Source: Catajapyx aquilonaris
Taxonomy: Eukaryota
DNA: 64,000 nucleotides
NCBI GenBank assembly: GCA_000934665.2
Contig: KZ538244.1
Coordinates: forward strand, 1-64,000
Direction: 5' to 3'
In this document: positions 26,135 through 39,556 of the stretch, one piece after another
Layout of the letters: each line of letters opens with the position of its first letter
Numbering within the stretch: position 1 is the first letter of the stretch
The notes under the pieces: model-generated
What the model saw: only the letters and a program-made list of their open reading frames with translations
What the model was told of the DNA's origin: nothing
The model's database searches: none
Made by a program: the position numbers and the translations under genes

Positions 26135-28295
26135 GAAGAGTGTCGCATGTGAAAATAGTTTCGGTGAGTTAAAACTAATTTTAAAAAACTACTGTATCAC
26201 AAAATCAATACTAGTGGCTCCGGAAAGAACAAACTAGAATATCTAACTAACACTTAAGAGTCTCCTCTCTTCCTGGCCTGTATTGCATCTGGTTTGTAAG
26301 TAGGTGACGGAGAAGGAAGCTCTGGCCACACATTTATAATTAATTCACCGAGACTATCGCGGTCTACACTAATTAGCCATCGGGCGATGATCTTCCTTAA
26401 TTTACCCTGAATGCCATCAAAGAAATATTAGATCAATAAAAGCCTGGCTAACAGGTGCGCTTTATTGCATAATACAGTATGATATGTGTAATTTACTCGA
26501 TAACTGAAGATAATTCATGTGCATAGCAGAAAATACTTCATTAAAGGTACCGGTGTACGTACATGAATAATATTAGAAGGAACTCTGTCATTCTCTCTCT
26601 CACTTATCAGATTTGGTGAAATATCATCAGCACAACTAAGAACATCCTATTTTGATAAACACAAACTGACTTTTGGTACGTGAGATTTATCTCAACATTC
26701 CCGCTCAGCGTAATTAGAATGAGCCTAACTGAGTAAAATAATTCCTTCCATTTGTACTGCAGGGAAAGGGGGAGGGGGTATGATATTGTAGGAGAGGATC
26801 CTAGTGGCAAAGTGTCTGTGCCGCCCTGGAGGAATAATAAAGAGTATCTAGAAATGGTCCCCTGAACTTGTGAGACTTGATGAGACTTGGTGGAAAAGTA
26901 ATCCCGGAGTATAAACTGGGTAGGGGTGCAGCATGGCCGAGTAAGCGAGTAAGCCGAGTGCATTGAAACAGGCGGCAAACAAATCAGCGGCGGAGTTTGA
27001 GCCCGCTTTAATGCGGGCGAGTTAAAACTTGTCCCTGACTGGCTTGGAAATGACTTTCTGACACACACTAGATTAGTTTTGAGATTTAGAGCCGGCTGCC
27101 GCGGGATGGCTTGGAAATCACATTGCAAGGACTCCCACGACTATCTGGATGGGGCTGCCGCCGCCGCCGCCGCTGGAAGGGAAATCGATGTCGGGCGCCC
27201 CCTAATTAAAACTCATTTATTCCAGCCTCCCCCTACCCACCATACCCTGTGCTCTGTGTGTATACACACACACACGTACAAGAAGCTGGTACCAAGCAGT
27301 GTCCCTAGTCTGATGGCGACCTCTGCAGGTTCAATTTCATTCCGCAGACCTCCCCTAAAAATAAGTGGTGGGGGGAAGGAGGCGAAATGTCCGTCGGAAG
27401 GAAGGAGGCTCCTGGCGCCATCATCCTTACCGAAGGTTGCTTGTCGGCGACTGGTACCGGCTCACTTCCACCACCTCTGCATAATTGGACTCACCTCGTG
27501 TGATGGATGGACAGCTGCCCTCCCACCCATATCAAATCCCCTTTTGTTTCTTTCCTACCTTCCCTGGGTCTCAACAACTCCCTCCTTGTGTCACCCGCCT
27601 GCTTATCGGGGGACTATACTTTTTGGACATACCCTAATCCAGGGAAAAACGCTATTTAGCTCAACGAGCGTCTCGCGTGATTTGCTTCCTGTGGGATTTT
27701 TGCCGCTTTTTTTCAACCCAATTTTTTGCATGCACCGAATTCACAATACTGTGGGAATAGCAAAAATTTCTGTAAATACCTGGCTGTCGGACCTGTTTTA
27801 GAGATGATTTAGTGGGCGTATTCCATCTTACAAATTACAAGTCAGATCTTTGTGCTGTTTTGTATGCGTTGCTATTCACTTTCATCCATGACAAGGTCGT
27901 ACCTTGTTGCTGCATTTGGGCTAAAGATAGTATTGTCTTACAGAACTACTGTGCTTGTTTAGTTTATTGACATGGGGAAATGTCGGATGCAGCAAGTCAC
28001 AATAGCCTGCAGCCTGTGTTACGAAATAAATACATGCTCGGAATATAGTCTACCTGTTGTAATCTGTACACCGTGCCTCTCTAATTAGTGTAAATGCTGC
28101 AATGTTACCTGAAATGCTATTTAAAATTAGTATCCTATAATCTTATCACTATTGTCCATTTTCATTTAAGGCTTCCACAAAATATTGGGCATTTAAAGAT
28201 GACTTTAACTAATGCTAAAATGAAATGACTAAAACAGTATCAAAGGCTGTCTCTCAGTGTTGGCTAGAACGGTACCTGTACGAAGCCATATAGCC

Positions 28296-28640
28296 TTTTT
28301 TTTGTTACCCCGTGATAGGGCCATAGGCCCTTATAGGGGGGTGGAACACCACCATTTTTTCTTCAATTTTCTGCTTTTTTCTTCAACTCCGGTGCAAGGA
28401 TGAAACGACATGAGGTAAGGATATAGGGATTTTTGGGGAGGGAACATTGGTGCAAGTGCAATGTCGGTAAAGGGGTCATGTGCTGTTCCCCAGGAGGTTA
28501 GGTTGCCAGACACCTCCTTGGTGCAGGTCAGAGACCCTCCTGACGCAGGTGAAAGGAAAGTTCCACAGGCGGGGATCGAACCTGGGGCCTTTCACTCAGC
28601 AAGCCGAGACGTTACCATCTCGGCCATCTACACCTCCCCC
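28296..28640 (-). mobile_element. tRNA-derived SINE, copy 2 (more complete head)
   Basis: Minus strand has an A-box-like TGGCCGAGATGG and B box GGTTCGATCCC in a tRNA-like head, then a body homologous to 11631-11919, ending in an A8 tail. No clear TSD. Confidence 0.85.
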
Positions 28641-31600
28641 AGAGTGTGTGAAAAACTATTAAAATTTGGAATGGTGTTCCAGTCATCAAAAAGAGCACAA
28701 CCAAACAATAACTAATTTTGCTCCCCTCTTTATATTCACTGCGTGCTGGGGCCCGAATATTGTTGATTGGGTACTTTGATTAGACACAGAGCAAGCAAAA
28801 ACCAGTTTGTGTAAACCGAGCTACAGAAATTACCTGGTGAGATTGGCCAATAACATACGAGTAGAATTCTGCAGCGGTCAGAGCAGGTTAATAACCGAAG
28901 CTCACAAAAGGGCTGTATGCCTCACTTGATTATTTATTACCCTGTAAATTTTTTACAATTGAAGTGTCCATATCCGATGATTTTTGTAATATTCCCCATC
29001 ACGCTGCATTATGTCCAAGAACAAGTTTAATAACAGTAGTACACGTGGTAAGGTCAGGAAATTAAAACCCCAATCGTTGTGCAGTGTTATGACACCGCAC
29101 AATATTTTTTTGAATTGCCTTTCCGCACAAGGCCGTTTAGTGTACATTACTTTTACTGCAAGATTGCAGTTGCGTGCAAGCACAATGATTCTCTCAGTAT
29201 CGTCAGTGTAGTAAGTATCGCATTATACAGTACTTCAATTAATATGCCTGAGATTGTCCTTGCCTATTCGCAAATTGTTTCCTGGAAGAGACAGATTACA
29301 TAACACGAACTCCATGTAGGCTACACTGACCATTGAATTGGCCAAAATTCCAAAAAGTCCTATAAATATTTGAGCAAACCTAAAAAGTCGAGAAAACATA
29401 TGCAAGTACCTGTATTGATTTTTTTAAATGCAACAGAAATGGGACTTTTATTCCCGCAGGATTGCTAATTATTGTGCTTGAGCCAGTGGCAAATTAGTCC
29501 AAATCATTAATAACATCCGTGAGTATGGTCGCAGCAGTGAGCATGGCTCCACACCACTAAACACCGAGCGTTTGTGTACGGCGCCTGATTTAATGGCAGT
29601 GCCACCTACGAATTAGTAAAGCAGAGAAGTGCTGGCTCTGTTCACATACAGTATTAACTTCTGCAAACACGTGCGGTGATTCCGCTCGTGTACGTAACGC
29701 CTGCGATACTAGTTCGAAAACATGTTAGGGTTAAGCCTACTTGCTGAGCACGATGAGTTTGTTGTCATGCTCTCTGAGCACTGCATATGGGTCAGGGACT
29801 AGGCCTTGCTCCATGCGCTGCACAAACTTGCTCAGGATAACCTTGTATACCATATCCGTCCCCATCACACCGGAAATATTCTCTAGTGCTCATCATCAAT
29901 ATTGCATAGCTGACAGACGAAGCTGAAACCAAGCTCAAAAGGCGATTTTGTTTAAAAAAGTCTAGTTTCTTCAAATCCCTTCCTAAATTAACCCCTTTGT
30001 ATGCAAGCATTAGCAGGATCTGCGGTCTATTGCATTAGTGCTGTACATCTGTATAATGAGAAAGTGTCTTTGTACTTCCGATTTTAGGGGTCCAGAGTGG
30101 ATCCACCACACCGACCAAAATCGTACTACATAAGCAAATTTTAGGATTTGAATTTTGCAGTCTAAATCTTAACCAGTCCCTGAGTTCACCCTGGGCCAAA
30201 TGCATCATGCAAGACAGAGCAGTGTTTCAAAGCAGCACTGCAAAGGGCCGTCCCTTGACGCAACGACATAACCCGACCAAGGGTGACACTCTTTCAACCC
30301 CATGTTATGTGGGCAGCAAGCAAGCAGGCAAAAGCAAGATTAGCTTCCTGCAAGCTCATTCAAGTGCGTGAAAGGCCTCAGAGTATATGAGAGGCGGACC
30401 TTTATTGTTGAGGACGGACCCAGAATAGAGCTCGTCATTAGAATTCATTATCAGAATATCAAGGGTGTTGCGGAATGCAGAAGCTACAAAATATCTGGTA
30501 AGGACGGAATAAAAAGCATGAAATGGGTGTTTAAGTGTGAGAACGAAGCGCAAGTGGAACTCCACTTGCTCGTCATTTGGTTCCGTTTACATGTGGAAGA
30601 GCGCAGTGAAAACTCGGAGAGACATCATTGGGAGGAGGGAAGTGCGCTAATTTCCTGCGATTGATGCGCTCTTCCTGGAGGCGCTATCTGAGGCGCCAGG
30701 GCATAAAAAAACGAGAGAAGTAGAGGAGGTGGTAGGATGGCAGGGGGAGGGAGGGGGGGTGGTTCCACCAAGAATTTTATTGGCACTGGCAGAAGGAGCT
30801 TGTGATTGGCGCAATCAATCCCTACGGGTGTGTGTGCCCAACACTCTGGAGCATCTTTACGGCCCAGTAAAGCAGATCCGGGGCACATAAGCCCTAGGGT
30901 GGGGAGAGGGAAATTTTGGGTGGGGGCAATTTCCAACGGGAGACAAAAGGGGGGACGGAATCACGGGTCATTCGCCAAACAAGTCATTCCATTCCGTCCC
31001 GGAGCGAGCATCATAAAAGAAAAGCTGTCCTACAAACTCTGTGCTGGCAGCTTCTCAGATGGACGTATCCCCCCCTATATATGTACGGATGTACGCCCGT
31101 AAAACGTTGCTGCAGGGGGACGGACTTTTGCCTTCAACTTTCTGCCCTTTATGCCCGTTAGGACCTGGCGAGATGTAGGAATAAAAAAGTGGGGTGTCTG
31201 CAGGAACGTAATTCCTGGGTGTCCAACAGGGTCTCTCATTTTGGACGGATTTTTGGGTTATTAGGAGGCCGCACCTCCGTTGTATGTCATCAAATGGTCA
31301 AAGTGCCAGTTTGCGACATGGGGGGTCACTTCCAAAGGGACTGATGGAAGTCGCACGTTACGTTGCAATATTCCAGACCATTGCAGTGCATTAAATCAGC
31401 CATGAAAACTGGAATGGCTGAACCAATTTGCAGAATGTTACTTTATTATGAGAGCCGTGTGTTCGAGTTTTTCCCTGAATTTTTTGGGGGGGCATGACCA
31501 AAGTTCACATTGCCAAATCCTTGTAACGACATAATTAGAAATCAACAATCAGGGGCCCATGTTTCTTTCCCCTCACAGTATCTGAGGACATTCCGACAAG

Positions 31601-34600
31601 TATTAAAATTGCAGGTGATGTAATGCAATAATTCAGTTATATTTCTTCTTTCATGATGGCTATTTTGGACAGTAATATTCCAAAAGTATCCTTTGAAATG
31701 ACCATTACTCTTGCCCCATTACACGGCGGATTTCTAGTCTTTGTCCGTAAGAATTGGACGTACAGTGTAGCATAAGGTCATTTTTCTCTGAATAAAGGAT
31801 GACGTCATTGTGTGACGACATTCTCTATGCTTTTTGTTCACTGGACAAGTCTGGATATTTTTAGAACCACGGTACGTTCGCGTATTCATGCGCTTGAATA
31901 ACGAATGTCGTAAATACATGTCCACTCTCTCTGCCCGCTTTTGTCCGCAATATGCAAGCCCAGCCGTCGCAACAATACTTGTTAAATGCAGCAAAAGCTG
32001 AACAATTACGTTTATGCTCATAAATACATATGAGTGGCAAAGTGCGCACAGTGTTTGCTCTTCTGGCATCAAAAAAAGCCAGCAGGCACGTGAAGGCCAG
32101 TCGTTATGGAGGTGTGGGTCGTCTGCAACATGTACTGGGATTCTGTGGGTGGGTGGGTGGGATGGTTGTGAGAGTAGTCCCCGAGCAGAAGCAAGTGAAA
32201 GCCGAGAGAAGCAAGGAATTTATCGGGCGAACGGCGGCGGCGGCGGCGATACTTTTTGATGGATCACTTCCCGATCCACGTCTCGGAGGAAATAGGTTTC
32301 TCGGCAGGCAGCTCGTGCCGTGTCCTCGGGAGACGCCTCCACGCCAACCAGACTGAAATAGAAACATATCACTGGAAAGGTTTCATTTCCCTCGGGACAC
32401 GCGCCTTCATTGAGATTTGCCCGCGGAGATTGCGCAGGAAGACGGCCTCAACGACGGCGCCGACGACGGAGACGACGACAGGATACCTGGGGGATGATGA
32501 TGCACTTGCCCTTGGATTTCCTCCGTCCTTCCCCCATCCACAACCTCCAGCTCTCAATCTACATCTATTCACACCTTGGCCCCACCATCGACTTCCGTCC
32601 TTTGACACCGTCATTGCTCCCTGTGAAATGTTTTTTAATTGTTGTCCAAAATTCTGAAAGTTTGAAAGAAAAAGTGGTGGCCCCAAAATTCCTGCGGTGT
32701 GATGGGTAATTCATGGTTTCCAGGGAAACGGGCAAGCGTCCGGAGCCACTTCTCCTCTGACTTCTCGTCGGGGGAAAAGACATGAAAGGTCATGGAAGCG
32801 GCGTGCTGGCTTGCTCCTTCATCCATCCATTCATCCGGGGGGGCATTTTGATGGACGTGGGAGCCTTTTATTCCCTTGGAGACATTTCCCGTCCGCAAGA
32901 AGAGCCCAAAATGTGCGACTGAACTTTGGGCGGGGAAAAGGCCGCCCTGGCAGGAATCCGGACCTGGTTTGGAAACCACCTGTTCGACCTTTTCGAAGGA
33001 GGAAGCCCTCCCCCTCGAAAGGACATCCGCCTTCAAATATCCATCCATCGATCCGAGAGGGCCTTCTGCTGGTGCTTCGATCTGAATCCAAGAGCTCTCA
33101 TGCACCTGGATGGAATGATGGTCAAATGAAATGGAAAGCAGTTGCCTCTTATACATTCCTGCTCCTGCTGCCTCGGATATTCCTGAGGGGTAATGGCGGC
33201 TGCTTTCAAACTGGGGCCACACTCACTCACGGGATGTCCATTAAGCCAAAGAGCTGCAAAAAATGTGCTTCAAGGGGATACATCTCATTACGGTGGTATG
33301 GGTAATAAGTGGCATTTTCACGCTCAAGCACAGACCATGATTACATCAATAAAAAGCGATTTCTGCATTTTTCCCATTTATGCAAATCCACGTGACGATG
33401 ATATATCGGAAGAATGCAAGGCTTTAGTAGACAGGATGGGGTGGTTATTTTGCTTTAGTTTGGTACTGTGGGCCTAGGGCGGGGCATGTTATACGGCATA
33501 ATGTCATTTGGGTTAAACGAGTGAACAAAACTTTGCAGGGCATCAAAGACAACTTCGTTAAATGCATACCAGTAGTTCAAAGGAAAACAAGAAAGAGGTA
33601 TACTAAACAAAATCCATTACGGCAGAGTTCCGAAACACTCTTCAACGGTCGTATGCTCTGTGACTTTCTGTTAGTTTAATCTCGACCGGGGAAGTGTTAT
33701 TACTCGATTCAAATGAACTCTTTAAGATTAAATAGACTCTATGCGCACTCTAATCACATGAAAGAACGCGCTCTATATATATGATGACATAAATAATACG
33801 CTGCAGGATATGTTGCCTCTGTAATAAGAAATATTTTTAAATTAACGTGTTACTGGATGTGTCCAAAACGTATTTGGAATGTCTTTTATGTTGTTTCATA
33901 AAACCTACCAGGCATCATGTTTTGTTGATGCGGTTGACGTGGAATCCGGCGCCAAACGGACTAAGCTCTACTGCGGTATACTACATCCAATAAGTATTCG
34001 ATATGCACGCACAATCGGTCAATGTGGAACAATATGGACAGCAGTGCTTTCAAGTCTATTATGGCTTTTAAGCACTGCAGAATTTATGAACCGATCTGAA
34101 CACGCAATTTTATTCTCATGCGATTTTGATAAAATTATGACATGACACCGCCATGGTCTGAAACAAGGCCAAATTAATAACTGAACAGCGTTCTGATACA
34201 TGTCCATTAAAATTGACAAAATATTGACATTGGTTTGCACAATGCACGTCTCAATTTATGACCGGAACTGTCTGCAGTCGGAATACAACATTCCAACAAA
34301 ATAATAATAAAGCGGATGAATCTTTTTGCAGCCAGAAAAGTGCTAACTCGAGTAACCTTTTTGGTTATGCAGTAGCGTAATAGTTCTCTTGGTGGGCCAC
34401 AGTAACTACAATTACCCTACAGAATAAGTTTTACAGCTTTAATAAGCTTAACTGTTTGAAAATACCATATACCCTGTTTTAGTTTGCTAAGTGAGGTGTA
34501 AAACATTTACGGGCTATACCTGATACTTTATGCATTCGTGCTAATTTTACCTTTGTGTGAGCTTTTATGCAAAAAATACTTTACAGTGATATTTGAACCA

Positions 34601-36795
34601 TAATAATTGCCTATGCCTTTGAAAAACAAATTAAGGCCATATTCGTTCATTGGTTTCCACTAACTAGTCCTGCACAGTAATTACAAGCACTGTAATGTTC
34701 ACAATTATATTCTTGACATCATCGGTACAATATTTTCCCCAAAGAAATTTCATTCAAAAACAGCTTTTTTTTGGCCATTGTCCAGCAAATGCAAATGGCA
34801 AAATTTTACTCGATTTTTTTTCTCCAGTTAGCATACGCCTACCACTTACTGCCCAGTGTATGTAGTGATCCACGCACAACCCTTTGAGAATCACTCCCAT
34901 AACCGACTATAATTCAGCCAGTTATTTTTACTTCCTGCGCTTTGTTGGCCGGGCATTTCAATTTTACTTTTATACACGATTTTACAGGCCTTCAGTGATG
35001 CACGACGCATTGGTAAAACGTTATCAGCAACGCTGTTATGAAGCGAATGAAATTTTTTACGCAACATACAAGGAGGCAATGCCGAACTATTCCGGCGTAC
35101 TTCCGCGGAAACTATCAATTTGTGATTTTTCACTCCCGAATTGCATGTCTAGCGCGGGAAAAAGGATTAGTGTGGAGTGAAATGGTTTGGGGAAAGGGCC
35201 AGTAACGAGGAGATTGCTGGCCTGAATGGCTGAAGCTGCGGTGGGAAATAGGAGCACAGCAATGGTTATAGATATTCACAGGGTATAGATGGCGCACCTG
35301 CTGCCGACGCTGTTGGACCTACCCCTCATTTCCCCTTCAAATTTATGGCATATTTCACTCGATTTGAAGAAGAGAATGCATTGCAAATGCCTGCATGCCA
35401 CCCAATGAATTCACGTTCACCTGGGATAGTCTTTGACCAACCTGCTCTCTGATGCTGCAGGCCAGACTCGTCTATACATCTTTGATTCTGCGTCATTTCC
35501 ATTTTTTTGACTTTTACACGACCTGACGCAGTAACGTTTGGCGTGAACGTTCATGCTTTCTGGTGCGATTCAAATGATAGATTCTATAGATAATTATATT
35601 GTGGAACAAGTCCAGGATACATTTAGGTGTAGTAGGAAGCAGTAAGAAGATTAGGAAGGTAGGCACCTTATGTTGACTAATTATTGCACACAATGTGGCG
35701 ATGGCTGCTGCCCTGTGTAGTTCAGTACATGGAAATGACATTGCAGAACATGGCCATAATTCGGAATATATTAGTGGAGAAACTTCTGGGTAACTAACAG
35801 TGCAGTGTAGCAAACTGCAGACTACTCTGAATTTCCACGAATAATAAGAGGCCGCCACTGATGAAACAGTTCGTGTCAACTCCAACAGTAGTTAGATTTT
35901 TGTTGTAAAAATTGAAATGTACGTACAGACTTTCTCGTGGCAGCACAGCCCTCCTCGTCACTCATAGGTTCCAATAATTCTGAAAGACTATAGAAACTGT
36001 GAATTTCTGAGACAACAGTGCGTGTACGCATTTTGACTGGAAAGGAAAGCGTTTGAATTTGCAACATTGGACCGCTCTTTTTATTTAAAACAGAAAAAAA
36101 GCTTTTCTAATACAAACTTTTCTGTGAGTGAACGTGAGAGAGGGAGGAACAGTATAGCTTGTCTGAAATTGGGCAGCTGATACATGCAATGAGGGCCAAA
36201 AGGCAAAAAGCTTTCACAGTAATGAATCGAGGCAAAGGGAATATTTCATCAATGGCGAGGGGTCGCTATCAGTTTAATATCGGTTGATGGAGGCGCCAGG
36301 TGAGTGCATTAGCAGCCCCGAGTGTCATTGCATGATCGGAAGTGATGACCAGTCTAATCACTATCACCCTGGGGCACTCCTCAAGGAGGAAATGAAGTAG
36401 GCGGAGTCCTCCCTATTCCTTTTTAACACCTGGGGAAAAAGCTTCCGTCCCTGACTCCAAAATGCTCCCTGGCTCGTAAAGAATTAACTGCGCCATTTAA
36501 TTACAATTCCCAAACATTAGCTTATGAAGCAGGGAGGCGGTTAGCTGCCGCAGGATACCATCAAAACTAATTCGCACGCCTACTGCTCACAACTTTCCAC
36601 TTTTCTCTAATTTCACGCGCCTGTAGCCCAACCCTGTTGCCAACTGCACCCGGCTGCATGGCATGGACGCACCCTCATTGTACCCACACGTTCAACCACC
36701 ACTTTTAAATTATTAGCCGGACTATATGCGGCCAGGGTAAAGAACGTGATGCAACTTTCAAAAATGCATTTTCTGTCCTTTCAATCCGGGTGTTA

Positions 36796-36891
36796 CAGGG
36801 TGTCCCATAATAAAGCAGACATCTTTCTAGGATTGTTGGGAACTAGAGGATCGCTTTATGTAGAGGTGTCATTTGGTCTCAGCACACCCTG
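36796..36891. mobile_element. Small Tc1/mariner-type MITE remnant
   Basis: TA|CAGGGTGT...ACACCCTG|TA, 96 bp; only 8 bp of perfect TIR remains. Confidence 0.5.
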
Positions 36892-39438
36892 TACACATTT
36901 TGAGCGTTCTTTCTGTATTTTCCCGATGATCCTTTCGGTAGTTTGACCGCAGCCGATTACCCGTGTACAGCAGCAGCCATGGAATGCGTTTGCATCGAAA
37001 AGGGAAAGTTGTATGCACGCGTGCACGTATATGGCCTGGGTTGGAAAGGGGGTGGGGGATGGGGGGACTATAATAATGGCATGTGCCTGTATAGTACAGT
37101 TAGAAAGCAAATATTGATTTCCACTAGACAATAACTGGCCACAGTTACAGTGCAACATAGACGGATTCTTCAAATATTCAAATGCGGTTGTCCCTACTGT
37201 TTCTTTGGAGGCCATGTTTGTGTAGGTACGGGGCAGCAGTGCGCGTTTATTTATGCCTCTGCATCTGGTAGTGCTGTGTGATGAACAGCATCGGAGCGTG
37301 GCAGTGTTGGAAATTTTTGATGCGAGAGCGCGAGAGAGACTGAGAGCTAGTCTACAGAAGAGACGTGGTGTAATAATGATTGATACGGATGGGAATTAAA
37401 TGACGCGTGGGAATTAGGCGCCAGCTGGTAGGGCCATTAATGTGGAAAGGGCGTCGATTCCCATTGGAGCTAACCAGCTCCATATTTTTTTTATAAGCTA
37501 GAGATATGGTGCCCCTACCTTTTTTTTTAAACAAAAAAAAAGAAGAGGCGATGGCTTCTCGTCGCCAGATTTCAATCTGAATGGGACAAACTCTTGGGAA
37601 GAAAAGGAGGCTGATTTGGGCCGAGAGGAGACACAAGGGATGGTGGTGAAAAGTGTGCTCCTCGGGGCGATGTTTGCTTCCATCTCGGGAGTCCCCGAGT
37701 AGGGAGACATTTCGTGGAAAAAGGGGAGGTTGGGTGGAGTTGTTGGGGGAACAAAATCCATCTCTGTTGGGCTGTTTTTTTTCCCCTCTACTTTTTCTTT
37801 TCTTTCTCACTTTCCCCCCTCGGTCTTTTCCGAGTCTGCAAGCAAGCAGACACGAACGGCGTTGTCTGTTTCTTCTCCCGTCCTAATGATCTGGCGTCGT
37901 TAAATGCAGGCCTCACCCACCTGATATATGGGCGGAAATTGCCGCTAATTAATCCTCCACGCACAATGCGCGATTCATGGCGCCTCAAACACAGGCTCGC
38001 ATTATTCTGCCCTCGCCCTCTCTTCTTCTTTTTGATTGTCATTAATGCGACTCATCTTGTTACAAGATTATATCGTGCCTGTCTCTGTCAGCTCCATTTA
38101 TTCGCTGACCTTTTGTATCATTTCGTGCATATTTTTAGCTCTTCTGAAAGTAGCGATAGTGCGGTATCGACACACGGGTAAATTTATTTGCACGATAGCT
38201 TAGAATTGTAATCACTAAAAACAGCGTGTTAGGCTGGGAAGCTTAATAACAATATTGAATATCTCTCCCAGCAGACTTCTTCTGCAAGAAACGGAAAACT
38301 GTTGTGAAGTTGGGCACAAGTTATTTTTCTTTTCCGTTATTGAAAACACTCGAGATGACTTGCAACATATTTCGAACCGCGCAACAGTGAAGAATGTGAA
38401 GATTCGCAATGCAAAATATCCAGAGTTGGTGAAGATCCAACTCTCAAGTGGTTCTCAGGCAAGGCCCGACTTAACGTTATTCTAGAAGCACGACATGTAT
38501 AGATTTCCACGCCGGGAAAATACTTTATGCCTTGTTGGAATAAGTTTCCAAAACCGTTCCAACTGTGCAAAATATTCATAAGATTATAGTGTACTGTACT
38601 GCATGTTCACTGAAATGCACTCCGCCATTACTTAAATGTCAAGCTGCTCGAATTACCACTAAAAATGCATAAGGCGCAAGAGATATGCATCTCAGTAATA
38701 GTCACGGTACAATAATTAACGTGAATGTAAAGTGCCGTGTCTTAGAAATACTGCGGCCTCGCTTTTATTGTCCTATTGATAGCTTCGTCCCGATAATGAC
38801 TGCACCGGAAAAAGCAAGTACCTATAGGTGCACTTTTATATGTCCGTTAATGAAGCCATCTGCTGCGCAAATAAAACATTAACCGAGATGCTCGACGACT
38901 CATTAAAAGAACGCATCCCAAAGCCCGTAATTGATTGGAGAAGAAGAGGCAAAAAGAAAGCCAAGTCTGAAAAGGCGATTGGCTGTGTGGCCTTTTCTGG
39001 CTGAGGAACCCGAAGTGGGTCGCAGTCATTAAAATTTGAATTGGAGCAAGGATATTCCGCAGATAAGTCGCAGGGAGTTCCGTTCTGACGGTTCAAAAAT
39101 TCATTATAACCGTGCGTAGTGCAGTCGTTGGCGTTGGGCCTCATTGCTTCCATAAATCACTCGGACTTGGAAATGCAAAGTAGCAACCGTCGCGCGCATT
39201 TTCCACCACTTTATTCCTCCCAAAGTACTGCACTGAACGTAACGAATAATTCCTAGCACTTTATGAAATTATTCTATTCCTATTCCCGCACTTATATGCC
39301 GGTTGGGGAAATTGTAAAATGAGGTTTCTGCAGTCATTTACATGGTTCTGTTAGGAGGGGCCTGGCAGGTCACAGAGGATTCACGATCCTGGACATGCCA
39401 TATCTCTGGGCTTCCAAGGACCACCGCTACTGCATGTA

Positions 39439-39556
39439 CAGGGTGTGCCGTAATTATAGTGTAAGTCACGAGGCGTCAAAAAACACGTCGGATAAAATGA
39501 TCATATGCCTAGGAATTCACCTTGTATGTTTCTCCGAACCGTTATGAAACACCCTG
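39439..39556. mobile_element. Small Tc1/mariner-type MITE remnant
   Basis: TA|CAGGGTGTGCCGTAA...TTATGAAACACCCTG|TA, 118 bp, with degenerate TIRs. Confidence 0.55.

Noticed and set aside
27079..27801. 240-aa plus-strand ORF
   Set aside because: Non-ATG start, passes through simple repeats, no domain; consistent with a chance ORF in a GC-rich island.
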